64,000 nucleotides of DNA from Alphaproteobacteria bacterium (GCA_963555825.3 CAUVXB020000002.1:2816001-2880000), one strand, 5' to 3'; shown: positions 19,109 to 29,028, counted from the first letter of the stretch. Program-made: numbers and translations. The notes: generated from the letters alone by a model not told the origin.

Positions 19109-20472
19109 GAATCTTGTGTACGGCGTTGAAATGAAGGCGGCGTATCCTGGTGATTGTTGATGTCACCACTTGAGCTAAGCCAAGGAAGGATACGCCATGA
19201 AAGAGAATACCGTTGTTGCTTTTCAAAACCCATCTGATTTTCAGAAAGATCCGTTGACGGAAGTCCTACAAGCTGGAGCTCGCGAGTTGTTGGCCCAAGC
19301 CGTTGAGGCCGAGGTCTCCGTGTTTTTGGGTAGCCATGCGGCGCTTGTTGACGCCGCCGGCCGCCGCCGGGTTGTCCGCAATGGATATCTGCCGGAACGC
19401 TTCATCCAGACCGGGATCGGCCCGGTGAGCGTGCGCCAACCCCGTGTGCGGGACCGGGGGGACGGCGCCATCCGCTTCACGTCGGCGATCCTGCCGCGCT
19501 ATCTGCGCCGCGCCAAGAGCCTGGAAGACCTTTTGCCATGGCTGTATCTGAAGGGCATTTCCACCGGCGACTTCGGGGAAGCCTTGGCGGCGCTCCTGGG
19601 GAGCTCCGCGCCGGGGCTTTCGGCCTCCACGATCACCCGGCTGAAAGAGGTCTGGGGGGTTGAGGCGGAGCGCTGGCAACGGCGCGACCTCACGGCCAAG
19701 CGCTACGTCTATTTCTGGGTGGACGGCATCTATTTCAGCGCCCGCATGGAGGAAGAGAAGCAGTGCATCCTGGTGATCGTCGGGGCCACGGACAAGGGAC
19801 AGAAGGAACTGATCGCCATCGCCGACGGCTATCGCGAAAGTGAGCAGTCCTGGCTCGAAGTTCTGCTCGATCTCAAGCGGCGCGGCCTTGAAATGGGTCC
19901 GCAACTGGCGCTCGGCGACGGCGCGCTCGGCTTCTGGAAGGCGCTCCGCCAAGTCTACCCAGGCGCCCGCGAGCAACGCTGCTGGGTTCACAAGACGGGC
20001 AACGTCTTGAACAAGCTGCCCAAGGGTCTGCAAAAGAAAGCCAAGGGGCGCCTGCAAGACATCTGGATGGCCGAAACCAGGAAGGATGCCGAGAGCGCCT
20101 TCGACTTCTTCCTGGAAGCCTACGGGCCGAAGTACGACAAGGCCGCGGCCTGCCTGGCCAAGGACCGCGACGTCCTGCTGACGTTCTACGACTTCCCCGC
20201 CGAGCACTGGAAGCATGTACGCACGACCAACCCCATCGAGAGCACGTTCGCCACGGTTCGTCTGCGCACCTACCGGACCAAGGGCTGCCTGTCGCGCAAG
20301 ACGGCGATGGCCATGGTCTTCAAACTATGCCAGTGCGCTCAGAGAAAATGGAGAAAACTCGATGGATCGAACCATCTCGCCGAGATCATTCGCGGCGTCA
20401 AATTCGTAGATGGAGAACGCCAGGATCGCGCCGCCGCATGATCAGCCCATACACAACTTTTGACAATAGCTC
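19109..20472 (+). mobile_element. IS256-family element, copy 2 (first 11 bp of left IR missing)
   Basis: Begins GAATCTTGTGTA (IRL nt 12 onward) flush against the IS1182-like end. The right IR ends at 20472. Confidence 0.93.
19197..20441 (+). CDS. IS256 transposase
   Basis: Protein identical to 16203-17447. Confidence 0.95.
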   Translation: MKENTVVAFQNPSDFQKDPLTEVLQAGARELLAQAVEAEVSVFLGSHAALVDAAGRRRVVRNGYLPERFIQTGIGPVSVRQPRVRDRGDGAIRFTSAILPRYLRRAKSLEDLLPWLYLKGISTGDFGEALAALLGSSAPGLSASTITRLKEVWGVEAERWQRRDLTAKRYVYFWVDGIYFSARMEEEKQCILVIVGATDKGQKELIAIADGYRESEQSWLEVLLDLKRRGLEMGPQLALGDGALGFWKALRQVYPGAREQRCWVHKTGNVLNKLPKGLQKKAKGRLQDIWMAETRKDAESAFDFFLEAYGPKYDKAAACLAKDRDVLLTFYDFPAEHWKHVRTTNPIESTFATVRLRTYRTKGCLSRKTAMAMVFKLCQCAQRKWRKLDGSNHLAEIIRGVKFVDGERQDRAAA

Positions 20473-20648
20473 CGTTCCTGACCGCGATACGCGAACAATA
20501 CGGAATAATCGAACGGCACCACATGGCGTAATGCCTGAACCAGTACAGCCGGAAGCCGTGGCGTGTCTTCCGCCGAAATAACCTGCGCAATTTGGCCATG
20601 CCAACTGCGGGTATCCAATTTTTGGATCGTGTTTGGGCCATTAGTCAT
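20473..20648 (-). pseudogene. N-terminal fragment of a probable LuxR-type regulator, cut by IS256
   Basis: MTNGPN...WHGQIAQVI...ALRHVVPFDYSVLFAYRGQER resembles the sensor N-terminus of LuxR-HTH regulators. Confidence 0.55.
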
Positions 20649-20865
20649 GGCTGGCGGTAATATCCCTTCTCCAGTGTCAATGGCGGAGCAAAAAGGGACC
20701 ACCTCGGCGGTGTAAGAAGGGACCGCTTGGCGGCTGCGGGCTTGTCCCCGTAGTCCACGGGAGGGCCCCGCGCGCGACGCGGCGTGCCCTCAACAGGCTG
20801 ACGCGGCGGCGCGCGCGGGAGGGACCTGTGGGCCCACGGGGTCAAGCGTGGGCTGGGTGGTCGGT

Positions 20866-21630
20866 TCAGTTAGCAGTCGGGGTTTGACGCCTGCGGCTCT
20901 GGTTGAGCCTGTAGCTGTCACCGTTCATCTCGAGGATGTTGACGTGGTGGGTGAGGCGATCGAGGAGCGCGCCGGTGAGGCGCTCGGAGCCGAACACCTC
21001 GGTCCATTCGTCGAAGGGCAGATTGGTGGTGACCAGGGTCGAGCCCCGCTCGTAGCGTTGGCTGAACACCTCGAACAACAGCTCGGCGCCGGTCTTCGAC
21101 AGCGGCACGAAGCCGAGTTCGTCGACGATCAGAAGCTTGTAGGTGGCGAGCTTCTTCTGGAACCTCAGCAGCTGCTTGTCATCGCGGGCCTCGATGAGTT
21201 CGTGGACCAGCGCGGCGGCGGTGATGAAGCCGACCGAGAGGCCCTTCTGGCAGGCCGCCAGGCCGAGACCGAGGGCGATGTGGGTCTTGCCGGTCCCACT
21301 GTTGCCGAGCGCGATGAGGTTCTCGCGGCGCTCGATGTACTCGCAGCGGGCCAGCTCCAGGACCAGCGCCTTGTTGAGCGAGGGGATGACCTTGAAGTCG
21401 AAGCTGTCGAGGCTCTTGACCACGGGGAAGCGCGCCGCCTTGATGCGCCGCTCGACCATGCGGCGCTCGCGGTCGATCAGCTCGAGCTCGGCGAGTCTCA
21501 ACAGGTAGCGGACGTGATCGACGCCTTCCGAGGCGCACTGCCGGGCGATCTTGTCGTACTCGCGCAGGAAGGTCGGCAGCTTCAGCGTCTTGAGGTGGTG
21601 GGCGAGCAGCACTTGCGGTGTGTCGGTCAT
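20866..21630 (-). CDS. istB: IS21 ATPase IstB
   Basis: Protein identical to copy 1. Confidence 0.95.
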   Translation of the reverse strand: MTDTPQVLLAHHLKTLKLPTFLREYDKIARQCASEGVDHVRYLLRLAELELIDRERRMVERRIKAARFPVVKSLDSFDFKVIPSLNKALVLELARCEYIERRENLIALGNSGTGKTHIALGLGLAACQKGLSVGFITAAALVHELIEARDDKQLLRFQKKLATYKLLIVDELGFVPLSKTGAELLFEVFSQRYERGSTLVTTNLPFDEWTEVFGSERLTGALLDRLTHHVNILEMNGDSYRLNQSRRRQTPTAN

Positions 21631-22289
21631 GCGCCGAGCCCCGACAGCAGGCTCATGTACGACTTGGCGGACGTCATCGCGACCCGGGCGCGCGGCAGAT
21701 ACGGATAGACGTCGAGGTTGAGCCTGGGCGGCCGCCGCTCGATGCGGCACAGTACCAGGTGCTTCACCGCATCAAAGCCGATTGCGCCGAGCCGCAGGGC
21801 GTCGCCGACCGCACCCTCGACCTCCTCGAGCCGGAAGGTCTCCAGTAGACGGAGCACCTGGACGTACTCGCGCTTGCCTGCCTTGCCCATACGAGCTTCG
21901 AGGAGCCGCCGCAGAGTGATGAAGGCCTCGGGCAGGTCCCAGCCCGCCAATGGCGCGGCCTGGTCGAGGGCGCCGATCTTCTGCTCGATCAAGGGCAGGT
22001 AATGCAGCGGGTCGAAGATCAGGTCCTCGCTGTCGTAGGACCGGCGGTGCCGGGCGATCACCTCGGCCCCGCAGCTGATCACCACCTCATCGACGTAGCC
22101 CCGGATGAGCACCTCACGGTGGCCGTAGGCCACGGGCACGGAATAGTCGTTGCTGCGGTAACGCACCAGCGACAGCGAACTCGCCCGTCCAGGGCGCTTA
22201 TCGCAGGCATCATAGGGAGCAGGCGGCAATGGCAAGAGAACTTGACGATCCCGCTCGAGACGCTCGCCGATGGTCTCCTTATATGAGGC

Positions 22290-22595
22290 GTTTGCTGTCA
22301 AGGTGGATTTAATCTACGCCACATGATCGTCTCTTCCATTGGTTATGGCTTTGTATCCAGGGCGGGTCTTGCGATGAGTTCCGTGTTTCGTGCGAGTGAT
22401 CGCATCACCTTATATCCGGCAGCTCCGATCCGGCTTGCCACAATGCTGTATACATGGACCATCACAGGACGGGGATGGGACTAATCTTGTGGACGGCACC
22501 TTCGCCAAGGAGACATGCAGTCACACATCCAACCTGCCAACAAGCGTTCCCATCGGGGAATGAAGCCCGTTAGAACGCTGAGCTGATCCGCAGTC
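22290..22595 (-). ncRNA. Putative bridge/seek RNA of IS110 element B
   Basis: Contains GUCUCCUU (22507-22514) and CCACAAG (22486-22492) matching both halves of the target, plus AGCAU (22443-22447) and AUAUAAG (22409-22415) matching the element ends. Boundaries are approximate. Confidence 0.82.
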
Positions 22596-23729
22596 CTATT
22601 TGACGACAGCACCCACCGGGATCAGCCCGGTTTCCAGATACCGCCAAAGCGCGATCGCCAGTTTGCGGGCCAGGGCGACGATCATGACGCGCCTGATGCG
22701 CCCCTTCTGACCTTGGGTGCGGTCATGGAACCACTGGGTCAGAGCGCTATCGGGTTGATGGCGGACCCAAAGCCATGCGGCTTCGATCATGGCAACCCGT
22801 GCCAGCCGATTGCCCGCCTTGGAGATGCCTTGGCTGCGGCGCCCGTCGCCGCTGTCATAGGCACTGGGCGTGATCCCGATATAGCTTGCCACCTGTCGGC
22901 GATTGGCGAACTGGCGATAATAGACTTCCCGTGCGAGCGTCGTGGATAAGGCCGGGCCGAGGCCCTTTAAGCGCAGCAGCTGGTGACGCTTGCTTTCCGT
23001 GGCCACACACGGTGTCGGCGCTTGATCACGCTCACGCTCGACCTCGACGATCTGCGCTTGGACCTGGGCCAGTCTCGCGATCTCCCGCGCGATCTCGCGG
23101 CCGAGACGGTCCGGCAGGGGTCGGCCGTCTCCGGTGACCAGCGCCGCCGGTGTCAAGGTCTTGTAGCGCGCCTTGACATTGATGCCGCGAATGCCCTGAC
23201 CGAATAGCAGACCCTTGATCCGGTTGATGTGGGCGGTTCGCTCGCGGACCAATCGGTCACGTTCCCGATGAGAGCGGCGAAGGTCCTCCTCCGCGACGCT
23301 CGGAATCACCACCATGGAGCAGACATGACGCTCGCCGCGGCACCAGGCGATCAGCGTATGAAGAATATTCTCGACATCGATGCGGTCGGTCTTCACCCGC
23401 CGCGCCCGGCGGTTGACCCGCAAGCTGGCCGGCTCCATGACCAGACACTCGATGCCGCGCTGCTCGAGGAACCGCGCCAACCAGAAGCCGTCGTAGCCGG
23501 CCTCGTAGCACAGCGTTATCGTCGGCGTTCGACCCGTCACCTTGACCACCCGGTCCCGCGCCGCGTCCAGCTTGGCCATCAGTCCTTCAGCGTCGCCGCC
23601 CTTGATCGGATGCAAGCTCGGATTGCCCCGCCCCGGAGCCTGGATCGCCAAAAGCCAGCTGTTCTTGCTCAACTCCAGTGCCGCATAAATAGCGTGTTCA
23701 TTGGAGGTCGATACCGGAAACTGTGCCAT
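22596..23729 (-). CDS. IS110 recombinase/transposase
   Basis: ALELSK, CYEAG, KTDRID, YDSG, ISKAGN and ALARKL motifs. Confidence 0.95.
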   Translation of the reverse strand: MAQFPVSTSNEHAIYAALELSKNSWLLAIQAPGRGNPSLHPIKGGDAEGLMAKLDAARDRVVKVTGRTPTITLCYEAGYDGFWLARFLEQRGIECLVMEPASLRVNRRARRVKTDRIDVENILHTLIAWCRGERHVCSMVVIPSVAEEDLRRSHRERDRLVRERTAHINRIKGLLFGQGIRGINVKARYKTLTPAALVTGDGRPLPDRLGREIAREIARLAQVQAQIVEVERERDQAPTPCVATESKRHQLLRLKGLGPALSTTLAREVYYRQFANRRQVASYIGITPSAYDSGDGRRSQGISKAGNRLARVAMIEAAWLWVRHQPDSALTQWFHDRTQGQKGRIRRVMIVALARKLAIALWRYLETGLIPVGAVVK

Positions 23730-24889
23730 CGTGTCGCTCCTTCTGATCGAGGTTGAAATAATCGAAGGAGCTTGAGGCTGCGTCCTTCAGCCTCATAGCA
23801 TCTTGTGGCCCCGCAGCCGCGCCGCCTGGCGCCGGCGGCACTGTTCGGCGAGAGCATCGTTGAGGGCCGCGAAGCTCTCGGCACGCGGGACGGGGACCAG
23901 GAAGTTCCGCCGGATGAAGCCGACCAGTCCCTCGACCTTGCCCTTGTCGTTGCCCTTGCCCGGCCGGCCGAACCTGTCCTCGAACAGATAGTGGGACTGA
24001 AGCTCCGTGAAGACGCGCGTTCGCTGCCGCTTCCCATCGCCCAGGATCCGGGCAACCGCCAGCTTGGTGTTGTCGTACAGGATGGATCGGGGGACGCCGC
24101 CGAAGAAGGCAAACGCCGCGTTGTGGCCATCGCAGAATGCTTCGGTCGTCTCCGCCGGATAGGCCGCAACAAAGCAACCATCACTGTGGGGAAGGTCGAA
24201 GGCAAGGAAGTGGATCTTCCGTAACGCGCCGCCGATCACCGCCATCGCTTCGCCGAAGTCCGCCTGGGCGTGACCGGGGGAATGGGAGAGTGGCACGAAC
24301 ACCTCACGCGACCGAAGCCCCTGCTCACGAACGTAGTCCTTCACGATGGTGTAGCCGCCCGTGAAACCGTACTCGTCCCGGAGGCGGTCGAAGATGCGCT
24401 TCGCAGTGTGCCGTTGCTTGCGGTGGCTGGTCCGATCGTCTTCCAAGATCCGATCGATGATTCCCGTGAACGGACCCAGCTTTGGCCGCCTCGGCGGCGC
24501 GCTTCGGCGATACCCTGGCGGCACCGAGAACGACAGCATCTTACGGACCGTCTTGCGGTCTACACCAAACACCCGCGAGGCCTCGCGGGTGCTCATCCCC
24601 TCGACATGACACGCCCGCCGAACCCGTGCGTACAACTCCACCCGATACATCCCCCCCGCCTTCCAGTCAGAGCAACCCTGACAGAAGGCTATACGCGGTC
24701 CCATTTTGGTCCGCCGCAGCCGGATCGACCGGCCGCTTCAGTGGGGGATTATTGCTCTGCCGTTCTCACCTGCCGTCGTAACAAAATCCTGCCTTGGAGC
24801 GGCCCATTGTCACGAATAGCCGATTTCGGCCGTTCGTCTCGACACAAAAAACGCACTAAATCAATGACTTAGATTTTCCATACCAGACC

Positions 24890-25618
24890 CACACCCCTCA
24901 AGACCATGAATTCGGCTGCATCGTCAAGCGGGCCGACGGTGGTTTCATTGCCGGAACCAATGCCGGACTGGTGCATCTGGACGCCAATCTGAAATCACTC
25001 GATATATTCGCCACCCCTGAAACCGAATTTCCGAACAACCGGTTCAATGATGGAAAATGCGACCGCCGAGGGCGGTTCTGGGTCGGCAGTACGGACATGG
25101 ATGAAACGGAACCGAACGGCGCGCTCTATCGGGTGAACGGCACCGGCGACGTTTTTCGGATGATCCCCGGTGTGATCGTCTCCAACGGCCTGGGCTGGGG
25201 CCCCGACGACAAAATCATGTACTTCACCGATAGCGGCCATGGCGCGATCTACGCGTTTGATTTTGATGTGGACACGGGCGAGATCGACAACCGGCGGGAA
25301 TTTGCCCGGGTTGCTCCGGCCGATGGCATGCCCGATGGACTGGCGGTGGATGCGCAAGGTTTCGTGTGGGGCGCCCATTGGGGCGGCTGGCGAATCACCC
25401 GTTACGATCCGGACGGACGGATTGATCGAGTTATCGACATGCCGGTGCCGCAGGTGACGAGCGTCGCGTTCGGTGGGGTCGGTCTGGATCAGATGTTCGT
25501 CACCACGGCGCGGCTCGGACTGACGAAGGACCAGCTGAACGAGGCCCCCTTGTCCGGTGGTCTGTTCATGATCGATGCGGGCGTCGCCGGACTGCCGGAA
25601 ATTCCCTATCAGAATTGA
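24890..25618 (+). pseudogene. SMP-30/gluconolactonase family, 5'-truncated
   Basis: RFNDGKCD, SNGLGW, PDGLAVD and TSVAFGG motifs. The N-terminal GEGP region is absent, and upstream lies an IS-end-like sequence (...TTTTCCATACCAGACCC). Confidence 0.8.
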
Positions 25619-25799
25619 ACAATTCAATCAGCGAGGCATGCTTGAACGCCTCCTTCGGATCAACAGCGGACCACAGCCCAACGTGACAGCTCAGGACCGA
25701 ATTCGCCGTCGGATGCCCATTGTGCTAACATCTTCGGCAACCGGGGGGAGCCATCTGGGCGATCTCGGTTGCGACGATCCACAGAGACGGAGTACCGAG

Positions 25800-26277
25800 A
25801 TGACCATAAAACTACTCTCAGCCGCCTTGTTCGCCATCGTCATCGCCCTCGCGACGTCTCAGGCCTGGGCCGCCGCGACGATCGGCTCGGCGGCGAAATC
25901 GAAGCCCGTCTCGATCGACTACGTCGCGGGCAAGAAGGCGGCCGACGCCGGCGACTACGAGACCGCGGTCGAAAATCTCAAGAAGGCGGTCGCGACCGAC
26001 CCGTCGAGCGCCGACGCGTACAACCTGCTCGGCTACAGCTATCGCAAGCTGGGCGACACCGACGCGGCGTTCGAGAACTACCAGACGGCGCTCCGACTCA
26101 ACCGGATGCACCGCGGTGCCAACGAGTATCTCGGCGAGCTCTATCTCGAGATGGGCAACGTCGCCGAGGCGAAGAAGCTTATGCAGGCGCTCGGCAAGTA
26201 TTGCACCTATTTCTTGTGCCGAGTACAAGGAGCTCAAGGAAGAGATCGCCAACTACACGGCCGCTCATGGCGGTTGA
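25800..26277 (+). CDS. Secreted TPR protein (apparent +1 frameshift near 26210)
   Basis: Signal peptide, ADAYNLLGYSYRKLG and HRGANEYLGELYL. The alternative frame gives the expected tail CAEYKELKEEIANY...*. Confidence 0.8.
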
Positions 26278-26622
26278 AGGTGTTGCCCTCGATCCGCCAG
26301 CGAAGAACCTATGCGCAGAGAGAATTGTCGGGATGTCGGCTCATGGCCGAGGCTGTTCTCTAACTCGGGGGTAGGCTGCCAAGCTCTCCGTGACGTACCT
26401 GCCGGGTTCGCTGTTCTCTCCGCGATAGGGGCCGAGCCCTCCGCATGATGGCGCTGGAGGACGTTGGCGGATCAATATTGAAGACGCGTTTGCCTCGATC
26501 AGACATCGCAATACCTCGGTCGATTTCACCGACGCCGTTCGGTGTGCTTACGCCCTTCCACTGGAAGGACGGTCACACCTCACCCGGCAGGGGCATCGGT
26601 TGTCGCACTTCGGCCGCCGGTT

Positions 26623-27429
26623 CTAGTCGATCAGCGCCGTGCTCGCGAGATCGGAGACGAACATGTGGCCCGGCGCGTGGCTGATGGCGATCTCGGGCCG
26701 GGCGGCCAGCACCACCGCCTGGGGCGTCACGCCGCAGGCCCAGAACACCGGGACCTCGCCCGCCCGCACGGTCACCGGGTCGCCGTAGTCGGGCGCATCG
26801 AGGTCGGCGATGCCGAGCGCGGCCGGATCGCCGAGCTGGCCCGGCGCGCCGTGGACGCGCTGGTAGGGCCGGGTGACGTCGACGGCGCGCGCCGCCTGGT
26901 CGGGCGTCATCGGGCGCATCGAGACGACCATCGGGCCCGCGAAGCCGCCGGCCGGCGCGCAGGCGCGGTTGGTCCGGTACATCGGCACGTTGACGCCTTC
27001 GTCGAGGTGGCGCAGCGGCAGTCCGGCGCGCGCCAGCGCGTCCTCGAAACTGTACGAGCAGCCGATCAGGAAGCCGACCATGTCTTCGCGCCACAGATCG
27101 CGCACGTCGGTCCGCTCCTCGGTGAACTCGCCATCGCGGAACACACGGTAGCGCGGCAGGTCCGAGCGCAGGTCGGCATCGGGCGCGATCGCCCGCGGCG
27201 CCGGGTCGCCCGGGTCGGTGATGTCGAGCAGCGGGCAGGGTTTCGGGTTGCGCTGGCAGAACACCGCGAAGTCGTAGGCCCAGGCCTTCGGCACGGCCAT
27301 CAGGTTGGCCTGCACGCGGCCCGGCGCCTGGCCGGCGGTCAGCCCGTCGAAGCGGCCGGCGCGGCACGCGGCGCGCAGCGCGGCCGGATCGTCGATCGGC
27401 GCAAGGCTGGCTTGGGCGAAGTCATTCAT
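26623..27429 (-). CDS. D-glutamate cyclase family / DUF1445 putative hydro-lyase
   Basis: RNPKPCP, GCSYSFE, GPMVVSMRP, FWACGVTPQ and HAPGHM motifs. Confidence 0.9.
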   Translation of the reverse strand: MNDFAQASLAPIDDPAALRAACRAGRFDGLTAGQAPGRVQANLMAVPKAWAYDFAVFCQRNPKPCPLLDITDPGDPAPRAIAPDADLRSDLPRYRVFRDGEFTEERTDVRDLWREDMVGFLIGCSYSFEDALARAGLPLRHLDEGVNVPMYRTNRACAPAGGFAGPMVVSMRPMTPDQAARAVDVTRPYQRVHGAPGQLGDPAALGIADLDAPDYGDPVTVRAGEVPVFWACGVTPQAVVLAARPEIAISHAPGHMFVSDLASTALID

Positions 27430-27568
27430 GGCGGCCGCCAGCTTGCGCGCATTCAAACACCGGCGCAAGCGCCCGGCCGGACTTCGGCTTAGACAAACCA
27501 TAGATGTCCGGCGCGGTCGAATGCGCGCTATCATTCGCGTCGGACATCGACGGCGGCAGGGGCATGGC

Positions 27569-28996
27569 ATGACCGATCTGGAACTTCGCGGGCGCGACGG
27601 CGGGACCCTGACGGGCGCGGCCGACGACTTGGAAAGGCTGCGCGGCAGCCTCGGGGGTCCGCTCTGCCTGGCCAATGACGACGGCTACGAGGACGGTTGC
27701 CGGATCTGGAACGGGCAGATCGGTCGGCGCCCCGCCGCCGTGGTGCGCGCGAGCGGCACCGCCGACGTCATCGACACCGTCAATTTCGCGCGCGACCGCG
27801 GCCTCGCCCTGTCGGTCAAGGGCAACGGCCACAACGTCGCCGGCCTGGCGCTGGTCGATGGTGGCCTGTGCCTCGATCTGACCGCCATGCGCGGCATTCA
27901 CCTCGATCCGGCCAGCCGGATCATGCGCGTTCAACCGGGTTGCAACTGGCGCGACGCCGACCGCGAGGGCCAGGCCTTCGGCCTCGCGGTGCCGGGCGGC
28001 GCCGTCTCGACGACCGGCGTCTCGGGCCTCGTGCTGGGCGGCGGCTTCGGCTGGGTGACGCGGAAATACGGGCTGACCTCCGACAACCTGCTCTCGGCCG
28101 ACGTGGTGACGGCCGACGGACGGTTGCTGACGGCGAGCCCGGACGAGAATGCCGACCTCTTCTGGGCGATCTGCGGCGGCGGCGGCAACTTCGGCGTGGT
28201 CACCTCGTTCGAGTTCCGCGCCCAGCCGGTCGGTCCCGAGGTCACCGGCGGCCTGATCCTCTGGCCGATCGACCAGGCGCAAGAGGTCGGCCGGCTCTAC
28301 CGCGAGGTGAGCGAAGGCGCCGACGACGATTTCTGCGCCGCCCTGGTCATGCGCCTGGCGCCGCCGGCGCCGTTCGTGCCCGAGGCCATGCACGGCAAGC
28401 CGGTGGTCGGCATCGTGCTCTGCCACATCGGCGCCGAAGATGCTGCCGCCAAGGCCGTCGCGCCGATCAGGGGCTTCGGCGAACCGCTCGCCGACGTCAT
28501 CACCCGCGTGCCGTTCACCGGACAACAGACGCTGTTCGACGCCTCGTTCCCCTACGGCCGGCGCTATTACTGGAAGTCCGACTACTTCGACGCGATCAAC
28601 GACGACATGGTCGCGATCATGGCCGACCACTCGGCGCGGCCTACCTCGCCCCATTCGAGCCTGTTGTTCTTCCAGTTGGGTGGCGCGGCGGCGCGCCTGG
28701 CGGCCGATCATTCGGCGGCGGGCAATCGATCGGCGAACTACATTCTCAACATCAACGCCGCCTGGGAGGCGCCGCCCGACGAGCACCATATCGCCTGGGC
28801 GCGTGACTTCTGGCAAGACCTGCACCCGCATTCGACCGGCGGGGTCTACGTCAATTTCATGACCGAGGACGAGGACGATAGCCGCGTCGAGGCGGCCTAT
28901 GGGACGGCCCTTCTCAACCAACTCGCGGCGGTCAAGGCAAAGTACGATCCCGGCAACCTGTTCCAGGTCAACCAGAACATCCGACCCGCCGCGTAG
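27569..28996 (+). CDS. FAD-linked oxidoreductase (BBE/6-hydroxy-D-nicotine oxidase-like)
   Basis: KGNGHN covalent-FAD His, GGGGNFGVVT, YVNF and KAKYDPGNLF motifs. Confidence 0.92.
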   Translation: MTDLELRGRDGGTLTGAADDLERLRGSLGGPLCLANDDGYEDGCRIWNGQIGRRPAAVVRASGTADVIDTVNFARDRGLALSVKGNGHNVAGLALVDGGLCLDLTAMRGIHLDPASRIMRVQPGCNWRDADREGQAFGLAVPGGAVSTTGVSGLVLGGGFGWVTRKYGLTSDNLLSADVVTADGRLLTASPDENADLFWAICGGGGNFGVVTSFEFRAQPVGPEVTGGLILWPIDQAQEVGRLYREVSEGADDDFCAALVMRLAPPAPFVPEAMHGKPVVGIVLCHIGAEDAAAKAVAPIRGFGEPLADVITRVPFTGQQTLFDASFPYGRRYYWKSDYFDAINDDMVAIMADHSARPTSPHSSLLFFQLGGAAARLAADHSAAGNRSANYILNINAAWEAPPDEHHIAWARDFWQDLHPHSTGGVYVNFMTEDEDDSRVEAAYGTALLNQLAAVKAKYDPGNLFQVNQNIRPAA

Positions 28997-29028
28997 GGCG
29001 CCGCGCCAGCGCGGCGTGGCTCGGACGG

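Larger units (their letters stand above)
22281..23804 (-). mobile_element. IS110-family (IS1111-type) element B, complete
   Basis: Boundaries are exact by comparison with the empty IS21 copies. Core AAG lies on both sides (22278-22280 and 23802-23804), with sub-terminal IR TATGAGGC (22282-22289 / 23790-23797) and TTGACA near the right end. Confidence 0.95.
21627..24650 (-). pseudogene. istA: IstA split by IS110 insertion (24650-23802 and 22280-21627)
   Basis: Interrupted at ...LRGHK|ETIGE. Confidence 0.95.
20675..24768 (-). mobile_element. IS21-family element, copy 3, interrupted by IS110 element B
   Basis: Both IRs are present and the sequence matches copy 1 apart from the 1.5-kb insert. 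No target duplication is visible. Confidence 0.95.

Noticed and set aside
21627-22301. TTG-started ORF restoring the IstA C-terminal half
   Set aside because: The TTG is the IS110 terminal TTGACA box, there is no clear RBS, and the product lacks the DDE core, so it is probably coincidental.
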